Below, in pieces: positions 14,403 to 27,402 of a stretch of 64,000 bases of DNA. Location: the NCBI RefSeq assembly GCF_902713615.1, contig NC_052166.1, positions 64,814,406 to 64,878,405 on the forward strand. The letters run 5' to 3'. The number at the start of each line of letters is the position of its first letter. Position 1 is the first letter of the stretch. The position numbers and the translations under genes were made by a program. The DNA is from Scyliorhinus canicula. Its lineage: Eukaryota. The notes beneath the pieces are model-generated. The model saw nothing but the letters and a program-made list of their open reading frames with translations. It did not search any database and was not told the DNA's origin.

Positions 14403-15415
14403 TATACCCATGTTCCTTGAACATACTTGAGATGCCTCTTTTCCCAAGCAACATCCAATTTATAGGTCAAATCCAGCTAATAGTTACCACACAACACCGC
14501 TTGGGTGACCAAGTCTGGGGAACGCCTCTTCCTGGTTCAGGAAAGACACCAAACTGCGTCTTTCAGAGGAGAATATCTGTAATCTGATGTGACTAAATAC
14601 TCGATGGAACAGGCCCCCATGGCTCAGAACATGGCCTTTCTGGCTGTTAGATGGAGAACTGGCCTCCTTCCCCAATGAGGGTGGCAGCAGTTATACTGTT
14701 CAGTCTCTTTCATAATCCTACCCTGTGGATTCGGCTGTTTACATCTCTCAAGTTCCTTGTATTTCTCAAGTTCCTTGCGTTTAGAAGTTATCATTGTGTA
14801 ATCCCGCTGATCTGAGGCAGTCCGCAAGCCTTGCCTTCTGTGTAAGTAACTTTTTAATTCTTTCAGTTGACTTTACGGCTGTCCTGTCATCTGAGCAGGT
14901 CCTGCCCACTGTGCTGCTGTTGATTGAGTTCATCACAATCGCTGCGCTCAGCTTTCTGGGCCTACAAATCAGACTTTCAGTTTAAGTGATAATACTTTAA
15001 AACTGTTTGCCAAACTCTTTATAGCATCTCTTTGGTGTTTCTAATGGCTTGCTATTACCCGGTCAGCGGGAATATCAATTAGTTGATTCGTACCTTGAGG
15101 AACAATCGGATGTAGTTTGGAAAGTTCAATTTTCTGTTAACATGCAACGGCGAACTGCTGATTTATTGAGGCATTTGAAACGGCTTGGGACATTTTACTT
15201 CTTTAAAGGTCCTGCAGGCCTTGCGTTGTGGCAAGGTCATCTGCCATACACCACTTTAGGCCCAGGTACTTGTGTTCCCCATTTAACATTAGAGTCTGGA
15301 TGTAAACTTTACAATTTAAATGAGAAAGTATTACCCCATCAGCAACATTTGACGCTGGGATGTAGCTATTTACAGCGCTTGAGATTTGTGCCTCTGAGGG
15401 GCCAGCTGGTTATGT

Positions 15416-15742
15416 GGGCAGCACGGTAGCATAGTGGTTAGCACTGTTGCTTCACAGCTCCAGGGTCTCAGGTTTGATTCCGGCTTGGATCACTGTCTGT
15501 GTGGAGTCAGCACGTTCTCCCTGTGTGTGCGTGGGTTTCCTCCCAGGTGCTCCGGTTTCCTCCCATAGTCCAAAGACGTGCAGGTTCGGTGGATTGGCCA
15601 TGCTAAACTGCCCTTAATGTTAAAAAAAAAAGGTTCAGTGGGGTTACTGGGTTACGGCGTGGGGTTGAATAGGGTGCTCTTTCCAAGGGCTGGTGCAGAC
15701 TTGAAGGGCCGAATGACCACCTGCACTGTAAATTCCATGTTA
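15416..15742 (+). mobile_element. V-SINE type A
   Basis: Same modules. Confidence 0.8.
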
Positions 15743-16482
15743 TACATGAGTGCACATGATTGTATTACCCACTGCCTTTAGAACATTGAGACTCCTAGAA
15801 CATGAAGCTATTCAGCCATTCGCGACTCTTGGAAAGAGCCGTTCAGTTAGTTCCGCTCCACTGCTCCTTCCCCACAACTCTGCAAAGTTCCTGCCTTCAG
15901 CAACTTGTCCCATTCCCTTTGGAAAGTGCCAGTTGAGTCAGACCCCACTTTCCTTTCAGGCAGTGCATTCCAAATCATAACTTGTTGTATAAAGACATTT
16001 CTCCTCGTCCCACCTCTGGCACTTTTGCCAATTACCTTAAATTGTCCAGTTTGCCATCTGCCATGCCCTCCCTGACAGATATACAGAATGTGTATATTGT
16101 TTTAAAATGCCGGCACAAACAACACTATTTTCAAGGACTTTAAATGTTGAGATTGGTATCTTGAGGCCCAGCATCAAGAAGTGTTTTGGATGGTGCTGGG
16201 GATTCTCATTCTCACTGTCATTGTTTTTGTTTTGAAGTAAAGTTGAAGCACAGTTTCCCCCCCCCCTTCCATTGTCATACCGCAATGAAAAATCTTTCCT
16301 CTAGAAGGAGGAGCGTAACCCAGCGCCCTATCTGTGCTTCATTAGCTGAGCTGAGATGGCCATTTTTAGGTTGCACAGTGGGACATTTTGTTCCTCTACC
16401 CTGCCGCAACCTCTCCCATCTTCCCACACCCAAACTCCCATACCAACTGTGTTACAGTTTACCGTTGTCCTGAGTGCATTAA

Positions 16483-16695
<213 letters not shown>

Positions 16696-16814
16696 TAGGG
16701 TGGGGAGCTAAGCATTCCGAAGAGTCCAAACTGTAGAGTATTGTGTAATGTGCTGGATCTGATGCCAGGACAGTCGGGTTTACTGTCCTGACATCAGATA
16801 CCAAAGTTTGAGGT

Positions 16815-17042
16815 CACATACCAACCAACTCAAAAACAGCTTCTTCCCTACTGCCATCAGACTTCTGAATGGACCTACCTCGTATTAAGTTGATCTTTTC
16901 TCTACACCTTGCTGTGACTGTAACATTATATTCTGCAGTCTCTCCTTCCTTCCCTATGTACGGTATGCATTGTTTGTACAGCATGCAAGAAACAATGCTT
17001 TTCACTGTATACTAATACATGTGACAATAAATCAAATCAAAA
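16815..17042 (+). mobile_element. Rex1/Babar-type LINE 3' end
   Basis: Encodes ..TNQLKNSFFPTAIRLLN, typical of the Rex1/Babar C-terminus; tail GTGACAATAAATCAAATCAA. Confidence 0.7.
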
Positions 17043-19745
17043 TTTCTGGTTTGGGGGGGGGGGGAAGTGAGGCTAGTTTTTAGAATAAATAAACCTGGGT
17101 GTGACCAGAAGCTGAATGCTTAATGCTGGAATTTAGGGACAGTGGTATTGGAGACTTCAAATCACATCCCCTTTGATCAGTGTTCTAGTTTGTTGCTTTG
17201 TGTTCAGAATGAGATGAATTCAGCTCTCCATGTACGGCAGTACAAACGGTGTTGGTTACCCTTGTGTTGTTTTATCCACTGGAAGTTTCAGTTTCCAAGT
17301 CACTTTTTTTAAAGAATCCTGTAATTTACAGTCTATGTTTTTTTGTTGACTGGGTCCTCACCGGTAGCGGCGTCCTTCACTCAGAAAAATGACGTACTGC
17401 TCTGGTAATGAAAGAAAATAACGTGGTGTGGGTAGAGGGTTGAAATAAAACCATTAGCAACTACAGCAGGATGTAAGAAATGACTATAGTTCAGTCTGTG
17501 GTGAAGCAAATGAATAGAACTGACGACATTTGAAAATTCCTGATGGCTTTCTCTGTTGCAGTGACCTTTCCAAAGATTTCACTGCGCTAGTCTTTTGTTC
17601 TTCCCATTTGTGTAATTCAACCCTATTTTTCATTTGGGAGGGGCGGGGGGTGCGTGAAATCCAGCTGTTTTTCTTTAAAATTTATTTTCAAGGTACCTGT
17701 GTAACCTCCCCAAGTCCTATATGGTGGCCTGGATTGCCATATTTTGTATTTATTGTATTTATTTCTTTAAACAGAATTTTTTTTTTGCTCTCAGCAAGGC
17801 AGTAAGGTAAGAAAGAGGTCAGCCCCGAAGAATGAAACACTTTATTTCAGTACTTTGTTTTTGTCAAGCATTTTTCACACTGTCAACTGCAGATCAAAAG
17901 CTCCTTTCATCTACACAACTCCCAACACCAAAATTAACTCCCTGCTGCGTTGCTGTGTCTTTATTTTCTCCTCGTTCTCACAGCAGTCGTTCACTGTTTG
18001 AGATTTTTAGTTCCCAGATTAGAGCTTTCTGCTGTGCGCCCAGTAGGATCTCGAGTTGAGACTGGCCACCATTCTTTCCCATTGGACTCGGCAGAGAGAC
18101 GTGACTTCCTTTGCTGCCGTCTGGGTTGGGTTCCAGCTTGGGTGCCAGCATTTGAAAGGGGCAATATGTTGATTAGTTGCTGTGTCGTCCAGCGCCCAGT
18201 AAGTTGGCGCCTGTTTACATCGATCGCTTTCCGTGTTCCCGCTAAGCTGCACACGCGTGGGCCCGTGTGGAAAAATTAAAAAGCTGCCCCACAGACGAAA
18301 GTCTGCTTGCGCACAGCAAAACACTCAAATCAATGACAAAGTGCTGAAAATATTCGATCTGGCAGCATGAGAGGGGCAGGGTTAACGTTTAACCATTCTG
18401 AAGAAGAGACGTATTCAACTTGTGACATTATCCGGTTTTTTTTCTCTGCTAATGTTGCCCAACCTGTTGAGTATTTCCAGCACTTTGATTAATTTCAGAT
18501 TTCCAGCATTTGCAGCATTTTGCTTTTATTTCAATTTTGTTTCAATCCCAAAATGATTATTTTCATCCCTAAACCATCTGATTTTAGTTTTCGAGGCTTA
18601 ATCATTCAGCAATTAATTCAAATTTATACTTTTTGAGGGGAATATAATATACATTCTTTTAAGTGCTGGCTCTGGGATCTCTAAACTACCCTTCAGAAGT
18701 ATCACAGCCTTTAACTGTAATCAAAGCAAATTGCAAGAGAAAGCAGCAGCTTGACCTGAGGGAGCTTCAGCTCGATGAAGAAGTAAAGCGGTTTAGGATT
18801 AAGGTCATGAAACACCTAACCGTATCCGGCTGATCTTTTTTAATCTGCATACCCATTAGAAGGAGTGCAGTGGAATGAGAACAGTTCAAAGATCCCCCTC
18901 AGGATCAAAATCTGTCGGGTTGTGTTTGAGTATCATTAATGCAGCAATACAAAGGCCAAAAAACTAAGTGGAATGAAAGGAAATTCTATACTTAAGATAT
19001 CCTCTACATATCGATCAATAATAAGTGGGGCACCAGGTTAACCTCGTAGCCTCAGTGCTTGTAGAATACATTTATTCTACTTCAATGCACGTGTGCAGTG
19101 GGTTGAGGGCTTGCCAGCCCAGTTCTGTATTGCTGTCGGATCAAAGCCAGCGTTTTTTGTGTCGTGTTCTGAAGTCCCTTGTCAGAGGAGAGCATTTCTC
19201 TCTCTTTACCCTATTGAAGCTATCATATTGATGCCTCTGTTGGTCACCCTGAACCTTCCAAGCTCCAGGAATTGTGGACTAAGTTGATGCTCATGCAACC
19301 TGTCTTCATAATTGGCCTTTGGACAACAAATACCAGCCATGCATGGACCTCCTAACACCGACCTTCCCTTTTGTTTCCTGCACTCTGTCCCCTGTCATTG
19401 TACTTGCTGAAAAAAATGTTAGAACCTTTCCAATTCGGGTGAAGGGTCATTGACCTGAAACATTTTCTATTCCTCTCCTGGTTCAAGGTCATTTATATCT
19501 TGTCTGAGGTTCGCTACTCAAAACTGGACACTGCTCCAGATTGGACTGACCAGGAATTCAGTCAGCCACAGTTTTGTCAGCTCACTCACTCTTGTCTGTT
19601 CCTTTTCTAATTCCTGTTCCTATCCACATGACTTACCTTGGCATTGTCTGCAAAAGTGGATATATAACTTTCTCTTCCTTCATCAAAGCTGAGCTCCTGG
19701 CAGAGACTCCTGCTTGTTATATCCTGATAATTCAAGAACAAACCA

Positions 19746-19968
19746 GGGCAGCACAGTGGTTAGCACTGCTGCCTCACGGCGCTGTGGACCCGGGTCCGAT
19801 CCCGGCCCCGGGCCACTGTTTGTGTGGACTTTGCACATTCTCCCCGTGTCTGCGTGGGTTTTGCCCCCACACCCCAAAGAAGTGCAGGTTAGGTGGATTG
19901 GCCACGCTAAATTGTCCCTTAATTGGGGAAAAAATAATTGGGTACTCTAAATTATTCATTTTTTTTAA
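19746..19968 (+). mobile_element. V-SINE type B
   Basis: TSD AATTCAAGAAC(A/G)AACC. Confidence 0.85.
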
Positions 19969-20836
19969 ATTCAAGAACGAACCCATTACCCCTGCTCTGC
20001 TATCTCCCAGTCAATTAACACGGCCATACCACAAATTTACCCCTGATTCCATTATTTTGCTAATAATCTCTTGGGCGGGGCTTTGAGCTGAATCCTGCAT
20101 TAAAGAGTGGAACAGAAACAGAACTTTGGGAGCACTCAGCAAGTAAATCGACATCTTTGCAGGGAACAGACGAGTTAAACTTTCTGGTGCAACTCTGTCA
20201 GAGCTGGGAAAATGCTCAGGATTTAAATGGGAGACGGACAAAGGGTAACGGAAGGAAAAGGAAAGGTGCACACAGGAGAGAATGTATGCATGCTCACGAG
20301 AAACAGGAAATGGTTACACGGCTGGGGATATTAGCACGAGACTACAGGAAGAAGTTTAAGAGAAATTTGAAGACCTGGCTACAATAATGAAATACTTGGA
20401 ATCTTTTTTAAAGCAAAGAAAGCTCTCTCGTTGATTATTTCATGTGTAATGATGGGCAATGGGATATTAAAACATCTGGTATGAATATTACAGCTGTTGT
20501 TTGTGCTTAGGATGATGTCATGGCAGATTAGATGCCAAATTCTGCTCATTCCCTGCTGTTTTTTTTAATGTTCTCTGTAATCTCATGTGAAAATCATGCT
20601 GATGAAGTAAAATTACTGCCAGGATTAAAGTCTATTGTGATGGGAATGCAGAAGAATAGAGTTGCACGATTTACAGGAGGGAGCAGTCTAGTGTCGGATG
20701 CCCACATCCCTCAAGGTGGAAAGCCTGGGTTTAAGTTGAATTGTCGCATTAGATTAGTCATGTTGTACATAGCCATAGGTAGGCTTAGTCCAAATTGGGT
20801 AGCAAATTTTAGCAAATGGCTGTCAAATAAAATTGA

Positions 20837-21202
<366 letters not shown>

Positions 21203-22877
21203 TGAGACCACGGAACATTGTACGTACAGTTTGATTTTGAAGGGTGTTACTGTTGCCAGTTTGTGACATTTTCTGTGTCTTTACATCTTTCAAACTCCAC
21301 ACTGTCCTCAGATCTGTCTGTTCCAGATCAGAAAATGTTTGTCTGTAGCCCCAAATGTTTTAAAACCAGTAAAACTATAGATAATGCATTCTTTGTACCA
21401 TTCGAGAATTTCTAATCTGCCAGCAAATGGCCTGTGCATCTTCGCACCCCGCAGTCTCGGACTAGAAATATTTAAAATAAACGTTTCTGGTAGACAAAAT
21501 GGGGTGGATATTTTATAGCTCCAGATGTTTTAGGTTTTCAAAATATTCCGCTCTGTTCATTTCTGCTTCATTTGATTCATCTGTTTGTTCAAATTGAAAT
21601 TGTGCTGTTTAATTTAGTTATGTGTCGGTGTATAATGTCACTTTTTTCGAGCAAGAAAAACAATTTGCACTAACAGAATTCGTATATCTAAACGCCTTCT
21701 GACTGTATGTCTGCCTGATCACCGAGTTAAGGTGCTACTAGGCAATGTGCACTTAGAAAATGGGCCCTTTGAGCCTGCTCTGCCAATCAACATGGCTGGT
21801 CCTCTATCTCAACGCCATACTCCAGCGCTCTCCCCACATTTTTCTGATGCCTTTGGAATCTAGAAATCTCATCTATTTCCTTCTTGAATTAGTGATTTGA
21901 CCGTCAAAATTTCTGTGAATACAGGCCTGTAAACCCAAACTCTCCTCCTACAATGATCCTGCCATCCCAGGTATCAGTCTGCAATTGCCTCATGCCCAAA
22001 TTAGCCAATGCAGGATGATGAGGCCACCTGTACATGCCCCAGTTTCAACCCAGACTGGTTTGATGAAATTCACAGAACACGCTGCAAAAACTCAGCCTCT
22101 GTGGAAAGACGAACGCAGTTGACGTTTCGAGTCCGATATCACTTCCTCTTCGAACGGAAGAGGAGCCATATCGGACATGAAACGTTAGCTTTGTTTTACC
22201 AGCGTTTTCTGTCTGTATTTTAGATTTCCAGCAGACCCAGTTGTTTGCTTTCATCAAACTCACTTCTGGCATCCACGGTTCTGTAAAGAATGAGTATGGG
22301 AAATCTTACTCACTGGGTGGTCATCTGTGCCTTGAGACTTAACTAATCCATTACTGATTAGTATTGAATGTGCAGCCCCCCCCCCCCCCCCCCCCCCCCA
22401 CTTCAGAAAGACCCAAGAATTGGTGTTGTAATGTGGGAAGAATACACATCTTTATCTTGCCTGTAGTGTATCTAACTATGTAAAAAGTGGGCACGGAATT
22501 TAGAACTAAACATCAAACCTGGAGTACGTCAACAGCATACTGTTGATAATGTAGAAGTTGAAAGAAAGCAACTTTGTTAGTTCATTAAGTGATCTGTGAC
22601 CTAGGTGCATTGTGTCTGAGTCACAAACGTGTTACATGACCAATTTGCCCAAAAGAGAGTACACTGCAAATTCCTGTTTGATACAGGATCATTGGCAACA
22701 GGTTCAACTGCCCTAATGGATGGTGTGGTTCTCTGTTGCATAGATCAGGAAAGTGCTGGGTTTATCCCAGTACCGTGCTTATTTCATTCATCCTTTTGTG
22801 TGGGGTGCTACAGTTGTGGCCCTTTGCTAAGAAGAGGCAATTTAGCCATAATTCATGTTCCTGAAAATGCTCCTTTG

Positions 22878-22913
<36 letters not shown>

Positions 22914-23036
22914 AGTGGATTGACCATGCTGCTTCACAAGATGGAACGTACTATAGCTACCAACATGATATGAATTACTCCTTTGGAAAGGCTGGTCAAG
23001 GTTGGCATTCCACGAGGGAATTGGATGGTCAGGTAA

Positions 23037-23270
<234 letters not shown>

Positions 23271-24519
23271 TAATTCAGGGGGTGATTCTCAGGCCCACAT
23301 CAGCCATCGGTTGCCTTATTCAAGTGCCTGCTCTTTAGTGGCCAACAGGGCTATCCAAGGTCTTGGCACCCAAATTGGGAACTGCTGCTTTCCAAAATAC
23401 TGCTTATTTTGCTGATGTATTGAGTTTAGTATGACTTCAAAGTTCATAAGAAAAGGAAAATGTTGACTAAATTTGTATGGGGATCTCCACCTATGTCCAG
23501 TGTGACTCATGTTGCTGTAGAGAATTTGGCTGTGGGTCAATACTTGCCACGAGCCTCTGTTACTCATGGAGGGGAAGCCACAATGGTGTGTGGTCTGCGA
23601 TGCAGCAACTGTGGAAATATGTTGTCAAATCTTATTCATTATTGTCACTTGGGGCGCACACGTATTATGGAAATTATTGCACGGACAGAGGTCACTCAGC
23701 TCTTCCAATTTAATTTGATCACCTTCCCTGCCTTCCCCCTGTTCCTTTATGCTCTTTGAATATTTATCCAGTCACTTTTAAATCACATTACAGCCTTGGC
23801 CTCAACATGGGGCAAAGCTGAAATAAAGCCTTTTAGTGTTTGCATAACAAACACACAGACTTTAATGTAATTGGCTAAAGAACCAGAGGCAGGATGAGAA
23901 TTATTTTACGGGAGAAGTTCCTCAACAGCACCCTTGTTAACTTCGATGCTTCCTCCCAAGTGGCTCAACATGGCATAATGAGGGAGGTAGTAATCAGCAG
24001 GAGGCTCCCTTGCCCACTCCTGGCTTCTTAAAAAGGAGTGTAATATTTGCCACTCCTTTGACACAACTCCCAAATTTTGGGGGGTGGAAATTCTGGTTAG
24101 GTGTTTCTGCTCCCCACACTCCCCTCACCCACACACACACTCCCTTCAGTATTCTGGGGTTCAAGCCATTTTGAGCCGGTGGTTTGCATGTGGAGTCCAA
24201 ATTGATGGAGAGTCTCTTATATGATGCAAGCGATTGTGAGTGATTCCACTCTTTTTATTGGTTTTAAAACCTAAACACTTGTTAGTCATACTGCCCAGTT
24301 ATCATGTAAATAGGAATGAGTGTTGCTGATAGAGTTAAGATGGGTTATCCCATAGCTTATTTTGAACAAAGTTCCTTTTAGAGATGTCCTTTTGCAATAT
24401 TGGACAGACTTAACCCCTTATTTATATTGAGCAGAGTAGCTTTTGGAAAATTTTACAATGTCTATCTGAAAGAATTTGTTCAACTCCAAAATGCCCTTTC
24501 CTCTTAATAGTTTAAAATA

Positions 24520-24855
24520 ACATGGTTTAGAGGCAGTACAGCGAAGGCTCACTAGATTGGTCCCCTGGCGGGGAGTGGTTTGCACTGTCTCAGGACCAGC
24601 GGCTGATCGTTTACGATTGAGATGAGGAGAAATTTCTTCACTCGGAGGTTCATGAATCTGGAAATCGCCACCCCAGAGGATTGTGGATGCTCCATCGTTT
24701 GCTGTATTTAAAGCTGAGACAGACAGATTTTTGGTGTCACGGGGATTAAACGATAAGGGAAGCAGGCAGGAAAGTGAAGTTGAAACCGAGGATCAGCCAT
24801 AATCATATTGAATGTGGAGCAGGCGCCACAGGCCACATGGTCATCTACTCCTAAA
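24520..24855 (+). mobile_element. CR1-type LINE 3' fragment
   Basis: gagatgaggagaaatttcttcactc...gatcagccat...tggagcagg. Confidence 0.65.
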
Positions 24856-24879
24856 TTTTGTCTTTCTTTAGGTTCCCCT

Positions 24880-25280
24880 TATCATTTGCAGACATGCAGA
24901 TAATGATATACAGACAGGCAGCTAATGAACACAGAGAACAGGACATGACCAATGAGCAGGCAGGACACTCAGGGGTGGTATCTCACTATAAAAGGCACGA
25001 GGCACTCACACTCCGCCTCTTTCCACTGATTAACATCTACAGAGTGAGTCAGGGTGTATGTACAGTATCACACCTCCAGCACGTGGCTAAGAGCTAGTCT
25101 GGTTCAGTCAGACAGAGTAATCACACTTGGGTTAGCAAGGAGTCAAACTCATAGAGAACTGTGCTAATTGTGCTACTGGTTCAATAAATCAGATTGAACT
25201 AACTTCAAGGTCTGGAGTATCTTTTGGTTAAAGCTGCATCCAGTTGCAGCCTGTGTTATCCCCAAGTACATAACACAACA
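24880..25280 (+). mobile_element. Solo LTR
   Basis: TA(from TG)TCAT...AACA flanked by 5-bp TSD CCCCT (24875-79 / 25281-85); internal CCAAT, CTATAAAA, AATAAA (25183). Confidence 0.75.
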
Positions 25281-25644
25281 CCCCTCTCGTTTCTCTCCTT
25301 TCACACCCAGCACCAACCACAAGGAGATGCACATTTATGTCTCAAACTCCTTGATCTGGACCTTTATGGAAGGACAGTCGCTGACAAACTATGGCCAGAG
25401 AAATTATGCATTTCGATCAGTTTCTCAGTTCGGAGCTATAGTTGATGCAAGTGCAGCAGTATTACAATTATCAGAATTCTCAACTTTTCAATGAGTCTGT
25501 AAATAAGCTCTGTCTGCTTATTCCCATGGTTCAGCTGGATGTCAAAGATCCCAGGCCATTATCCCTCAAGGAGAGCAAGGAATTCTCCCACTGTTCTGAA
25601 AAACACAGCAAGTTCGATCAAAGACTAATCAACCGACCATTTAT

Positions 25645-25958
25645 GGGCAGCATGATAGCACAGTGGTCAGCACTGTTAATTCACAGTGCCAGGGTCCCAG
25701 GTTCGATTCCTGGCTTGGGTCACTGTCTGTGTGGAATCTTAACATTCTCCCCGTGTCTGCGTGGGTTTCCTCCGGGTGCTCCGGTTTCCTCCCACAAGTC
25801 CCGAAAGACGTGCTTGTTAGGTGAATTGGACATTCTGAATTCTCCCTCTGTGTACCCAAACAGGCGCCGGAGTGTGGCGACTAGGGGATTTTCACAGTAA
25901 CTTAATTGCAGTGTTAATGCAAGCCTACGTGTGACACTAATAAAGATTATCATTGTTA
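25645..25958 (+). mobile_element. V-SINE type C (type A head, type D-like tail)
   Basis: Further copies at 36590-36855, 41460-41655, 44757-45050 (all minus). Confidence 0.85.
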
Positions 25959-26209
25959 TCCTCTTGCTGCTTGTGAGAACTGCAAAATACTGCCACCGTT
26001 ACCTGGCTAACAGCAGCTGATGCGCAATGCAATTCAATGTACTTTGGCATTCCTCAAGAGACCACGTTGAGGTGATTATATGAATGCATGTCTTTGAATC
26101 GATGTTCTCAAAATATGAGCTGTCACCAAGGGTGTAGATTCTTGAGCCAGGAATGTGGCTGCTTTCTTTGCTGCAGTGTACTCCAGTGATGTGTACTCTT
26201 CCTTTCCAG

Positions 26210-26279
26210 ACAGTAACTTACGGCTGTTTGTGAGCAGAGATGGAACAACGGCGCTCAGTGGCATTCAGCTGGGAAACAG
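26210..26279 (+). CDS. FAM102A: FAM102A/EEIG1 penultimate coding exon
   Basis: ttccag|AC...ACAG|gtgggt; 70 nt; DSNLRLFVSRDGTTALSGIQLGNR. Confidence 0.95.
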
Positions 26280-26861
26280 GTGGGTTTATTGCATAGTTTA
26301 TCCTAGACTCCCAGAGTATTTTTATGTGGGATTTTCTTCCAAATGAAGCTACGGTGCTAATATTTTGTTTTTAAAACCTTTTTTGAGGTTTATCCTGTTA
26401 CGGTTGGGTGCTTTCCGCTCGTCTTTCCTCTCTCTGCACAGAGGAATGCTCCAGAGTAATATTTTTGACCCTTTAAATCCATGTGTGTTAACACAATGTA
26501 GTGACGTCTGTACCCAGGCAATCCTCTGATCGAGGGGTTTCTGCTTAGCAGGATCTCCGTGAACAGCATCACCTGAGGGAGGCATTGCCCCTGTGCCAGC
26601 TGTACTAAAATTGTAAATACACTCTTTATAAAAACATTGAAGACCTTACATAGTAGATATTCTTCCCCCACTCCAAGATCCAATGAGTTGCCAGATAATA
26701 CTCCTGTAAAATGCCTTGGGATGTTTTCCTGTTTGAAAGGTGCTAAATGAATACTATTTTTTTTTTTTACAAAGTCATTGTTGATTCAACTAACTAATCT
26801 CCTACAGCGATACCAAGTTTTAATTCGCATTTAATGGGTTTGTCTCTTTTCCTGTCCAGTT

Positions 26862-27018
26862 TAAGAACATAAGAACTAGGAGCAGGAGTAGGCCATCTGG
26901 CCCCTCGAGCCTGCTCCACCATTCAATGAGATCATGGCTGATCTTTTGTGGACTCAGCTCCACTTTCCGGCCAGAACACCATAACCCTTAATCCCTTTAT
27001 TCTTCAAAAAACTATCTA
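26862..27018 (-). mobile_element. CR1-type LINE 3' tail
   Basis: aagaacataagaactaggagcaggagtaggcc...atcatggctgatc. Confidence 0.75.
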
Positions 27019-27038
27019 TTTGGAGAATATGGCATTTT

Positions 27039-27079
<41 letters not shown>

Positions 27080-27356
27080 CCCCCCCCCCCACCTAAAACA
27101 GCTGTGCGGTGACGGCATATACTTTATATTGCACAGCGTCCAGAAGATATTGAGATAAAAATTGAGAATCACTGGACCAAGGTTGTTTGCCATTTTCACC
27201 CCAGCCCTGCAAAAGCAAATCAATCTGAAATTTTCCATGCATCGTGGGGTTGTTTGTGATTCTTGTGATTAACGTGTCAGTGCTGAAGCAATGGAATGCC
27301 ATGGTCTTTGCACGGTGTTACGTGAGTAACAAACACTCCTCTTCCTTTCTCCACAG

Positions 27357-27402
27357 GGTGTCGGCAGGTGTCTTTGAGCCTGTTGTTATCGAGAGCCGTT
27401 GA
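27357..27402 (+). CDS. FAM102A: FAM102A/EEIG1 last coding exon
   Basis: ccacag|G GTG...CGT TGA; VSAGVFEPVVIESR*, similar to the human C-terminus VSSGVYEPVVIESH as recalled. Confidence 0.95.
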
